This document shows, one piece after another, positions 6,643-7,995 of a DNA stretch of 7,995 nt; within the stretch, counting starts at the first letter, position 1, and each line of letters begins with the position of its first letter. Both the position numbers and the translations under genes were made by a program. Source of the DNA: a virus (Duplodnaviria; Heunggongvirae; Uroviricota; Caudoviricetes). The notes under the pieces are model-generated. The model made no database searches. It was not told the origin of the DNA and saw nothing but the letters and a program-made list of their open reading frames with translations. The DNA is taken from IMG/VR virus record IMGVR_UViG_2671181134_000012. The stretch is one strand, 5' to 3'.

Positions 6643-6804
6643 ATGAGCGAATACATCACAGACCCTATTGATGTACTCACGGAAATCATGAACGACAAGC
6701 AGCAGCCAACCGAAATACGGTTACAGGCTGCCGCTGTTCTGATGCCATATTTTCACGAAACCCTAACCCCATGTTACCAGGAGGAAGAAGATGATGATTT
6801 CTAA
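6643..6804 (+). CDS. Hypothetical small protein (53 aa) with acidic C-terminus (QEEEDDDF); absent from the supplied ORF track
   Basis: ATG 6643 with GAGG 9 nt upstream. Its 3' end overlaps the capsid gene start by 14 nt. Short ORF, uncertain. Confidence 0.4.
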   Translation: MSEYITDPIDVLTEIMNDKQQPTEIRLQAAAVLMPYFHETLTPCYQEEEDDDF

Positions 6805-7717
6805 AAACATGAAAGGCGTGTCGGCAGTTCGCGCCGCCAGCGTGCTTACATCGTGTAAATTCAGCCATGCAGACGCAATTGAAATGACGAAAAAAAATGA
6901 TCCGGCAGTATCGAAATTTCTTGAAAAATCCATCGTCAACAGAATGACTACGGATAACATGCCGTCGCTGGTGGCAGAGCCGATAGTAAGAGAGCTTGGC
7001 GAGTATATTTTTTCGCAGTCTGTACCAGGCAAGCTAATCAGCAGCGCGCTGAATCTTCCTTTTGGCGCAAAATTGCAGTCAATATCAGGCAAGGGTAGTA
7101 AATGGCTTAAAGAAGCCGAAGAAATCCCAATCAAAGAGGGAGAAGTAAACGAAAGCGCGCTAAAACTGTGCAAACTCGGCGCTATTGTGATGCTGAATAA
7201 CGAGCTAATCAAATTTAGCACCCCTGGTACCAATTCAGCGATCAGAGACTTAATCACATCGGAATCGGTGAAAGAAATAGATAAAAAATTTCTTTCCAGT
7301 GACCAGGAGGTGGCTGGCGTATCCCCTGAGGGTGTGCTTAATGGTGCTGATGAGGCCGAAAACTTCATAGAGCTTTTCAAAAAGCACATAGCGAACGGTA
7401 ACACGCTTTCCACGTCGTCGCTAATCTTGCCCGTAGAAAACGCCTTACAGCTTACTGATGCTGAGTTCTGGCAGATAGAGCTTTTGAGAATACCGGTAAT
7501 TGTGAGCGAACAGGCTGATCGCATGATGCTGATAGACGCTCAAAAGCTGATTATTAACGTTGAAGCCACGGTTATAACCCCAACTGATGAGGCGGTAATA
7601 AAAACCGAATCAGGGGCGGTTAGCCTTTTCCAGAATGACGCTACAGCGTTCAGGGCAATCACCTATTGCGGATGGCAAAAACTCGATAAGGCCGTCACCG
7701 TTCTGGCGAAAAGCTGA
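6791..7717 (+). CDS. Putative major capsid protein, HK97-fold (Phage_capsid-like), 308 aa
   Basis: AGGAGG (6779-6784) 6 nt upstream of ATG 6791. The central region (KLGAIVMLNNELIKFSTPG...IDKKFLSSDQEVAGVSPEGVLNGADEAENF) aligns by eye with the HK97 gp5 region (IAHWVQASRQVMDDAPML...GLALKEEGQLLNGDGTGDNLEG). Its size fits a capsid core without a delta domain. Not confirmed by any search. Confidence 0.6.
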   Translation: MMISKNMKGVSAVRAASVLTSCKFSHADAIEMTKKNDPAVSKFLEKSIVNRMTTDNMPSLVAEPIVRELGEYIFSQSVPGKLISSALNLPFGAKLQSISGKGSKWLKEAEEIPIKEGEVNESALKLCKLGAIVMLNNELIKFSTPGTNSAIRDLITSESVKEIDKKFLSSDQEVAGVSPEGVLNGADEAENFIELFKKHIANGNTLSTSSLILPVENALQLTDAEFWQIELLRIPVIVSEQADRMMLIDAQKLIINVEATVITPTDEAVIKTESGAVSLFQNDATAFRAITYCGWQKLDKAVTVLAKS

Positions 7718-7734
7718 TTTTTCCGGCATCAATC

Positions 7735-7758
7735 CAGATATGGTGATCCCCATATCGG
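7735..7758. repeat. Imperfect hairpin (GATATGG tgatcc CCATATC) downstream of the capsid gene
   Basis: 7-bp stem and 6-nt loop read directly, with no clear T-run. Weak terminator or operator. Confidence 0.3.
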
Positions 7759-7797
7759 GATAATTACGAAATTTTCGCAGTTTAATAGGTGACCAGA

Positions 7798-7995
7798 ATG
7801 ACAGAAGCCGAAAATTATGTGCGTGTTGTTGCTGAGGTGATGCGCCGTGATGGTATCCAGCTTAATGATGTGGATATGCGCAACATACGGATCCGCGTTC
7901 TTGAAATGCTGGCCTACCGTCGCCGCGTGCAGACGTACAGGGAAAAAGCAAAAATTACGTACCACTGGAAGAGGCAGGAGCGGTTACGGCGGTAA
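7798..7995 (+). CDS. Hypothetical small basic protein (65 aa), Arg-rich C-terminus
   Basis: ATG 7798 with AGGTGA 7 nt upstream (the track start 7789 is GTG). The stop TAA is at the last three bases of the window. Translation: MTEAENYVRVVAEVMRRDGIQLNDVDMRNIRIRVLEMLAYRRRVQTYREKAKITYHWKRQERLRR. Confidence 0.5.
   Translation: MTEAENYVRVVAEVMRRDGIQLNDVDMRNIRIRVLEMLAYRRRVQTYREKAKITYHWKRQERLRR

Noticed and set aside
6763-7524. 253-aa minus-strand ORF
   Set aside because: It lies entirely antisense to the capsid-like gene and is Ser/Leu-rich and low-complexity, which is typical of a shadow ORF.
1-7995. tRNA, tmRNA or attachment-site direct repeats
   Set aside because: No cloverleaf-like tRNA sequence was recognised in the window. 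The integrase starts at position 1, so the att site and target tRNA are presumably just upstream and outside the window.

Overview
The window reads as the integrase-proximal part of an integrated phage satellite of the P4 / PICI type, with all convincing genes on the + strand except one divergent regulator. In order: a P4-type tyrosine integrase (1-1239), an AlpA-family regulator (1649-1858), a minus-strand Arc-like ribbon-helix-helix protein (1993-2172) facing a GGTGCGAT operator-like array, three translationally coupled small ORFs of unknown function (2363-3185), a P4 alpha-like primase/SF3-helicase replication protein (3182-4999), and immediately downstream a dense TGTTCACC iteron array that looks like the origin (5011-5241). 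A second module follows: small ORFs, an SF6-type small terminase (6143-6631) carrying a 12-bp periodic AGTTAC repeat, and a 308-aa protein resembling an HK97-fold major capsid protein (6791-7717). A satellite carrying its own terS and capsid gene matches what is described for capsid-forming PICIs. All family assignments are from reading the translations by eye; no searches were run. No tRNA, rRNA or CRISPR array was seen, and the att site is presumably upstream of position 1.
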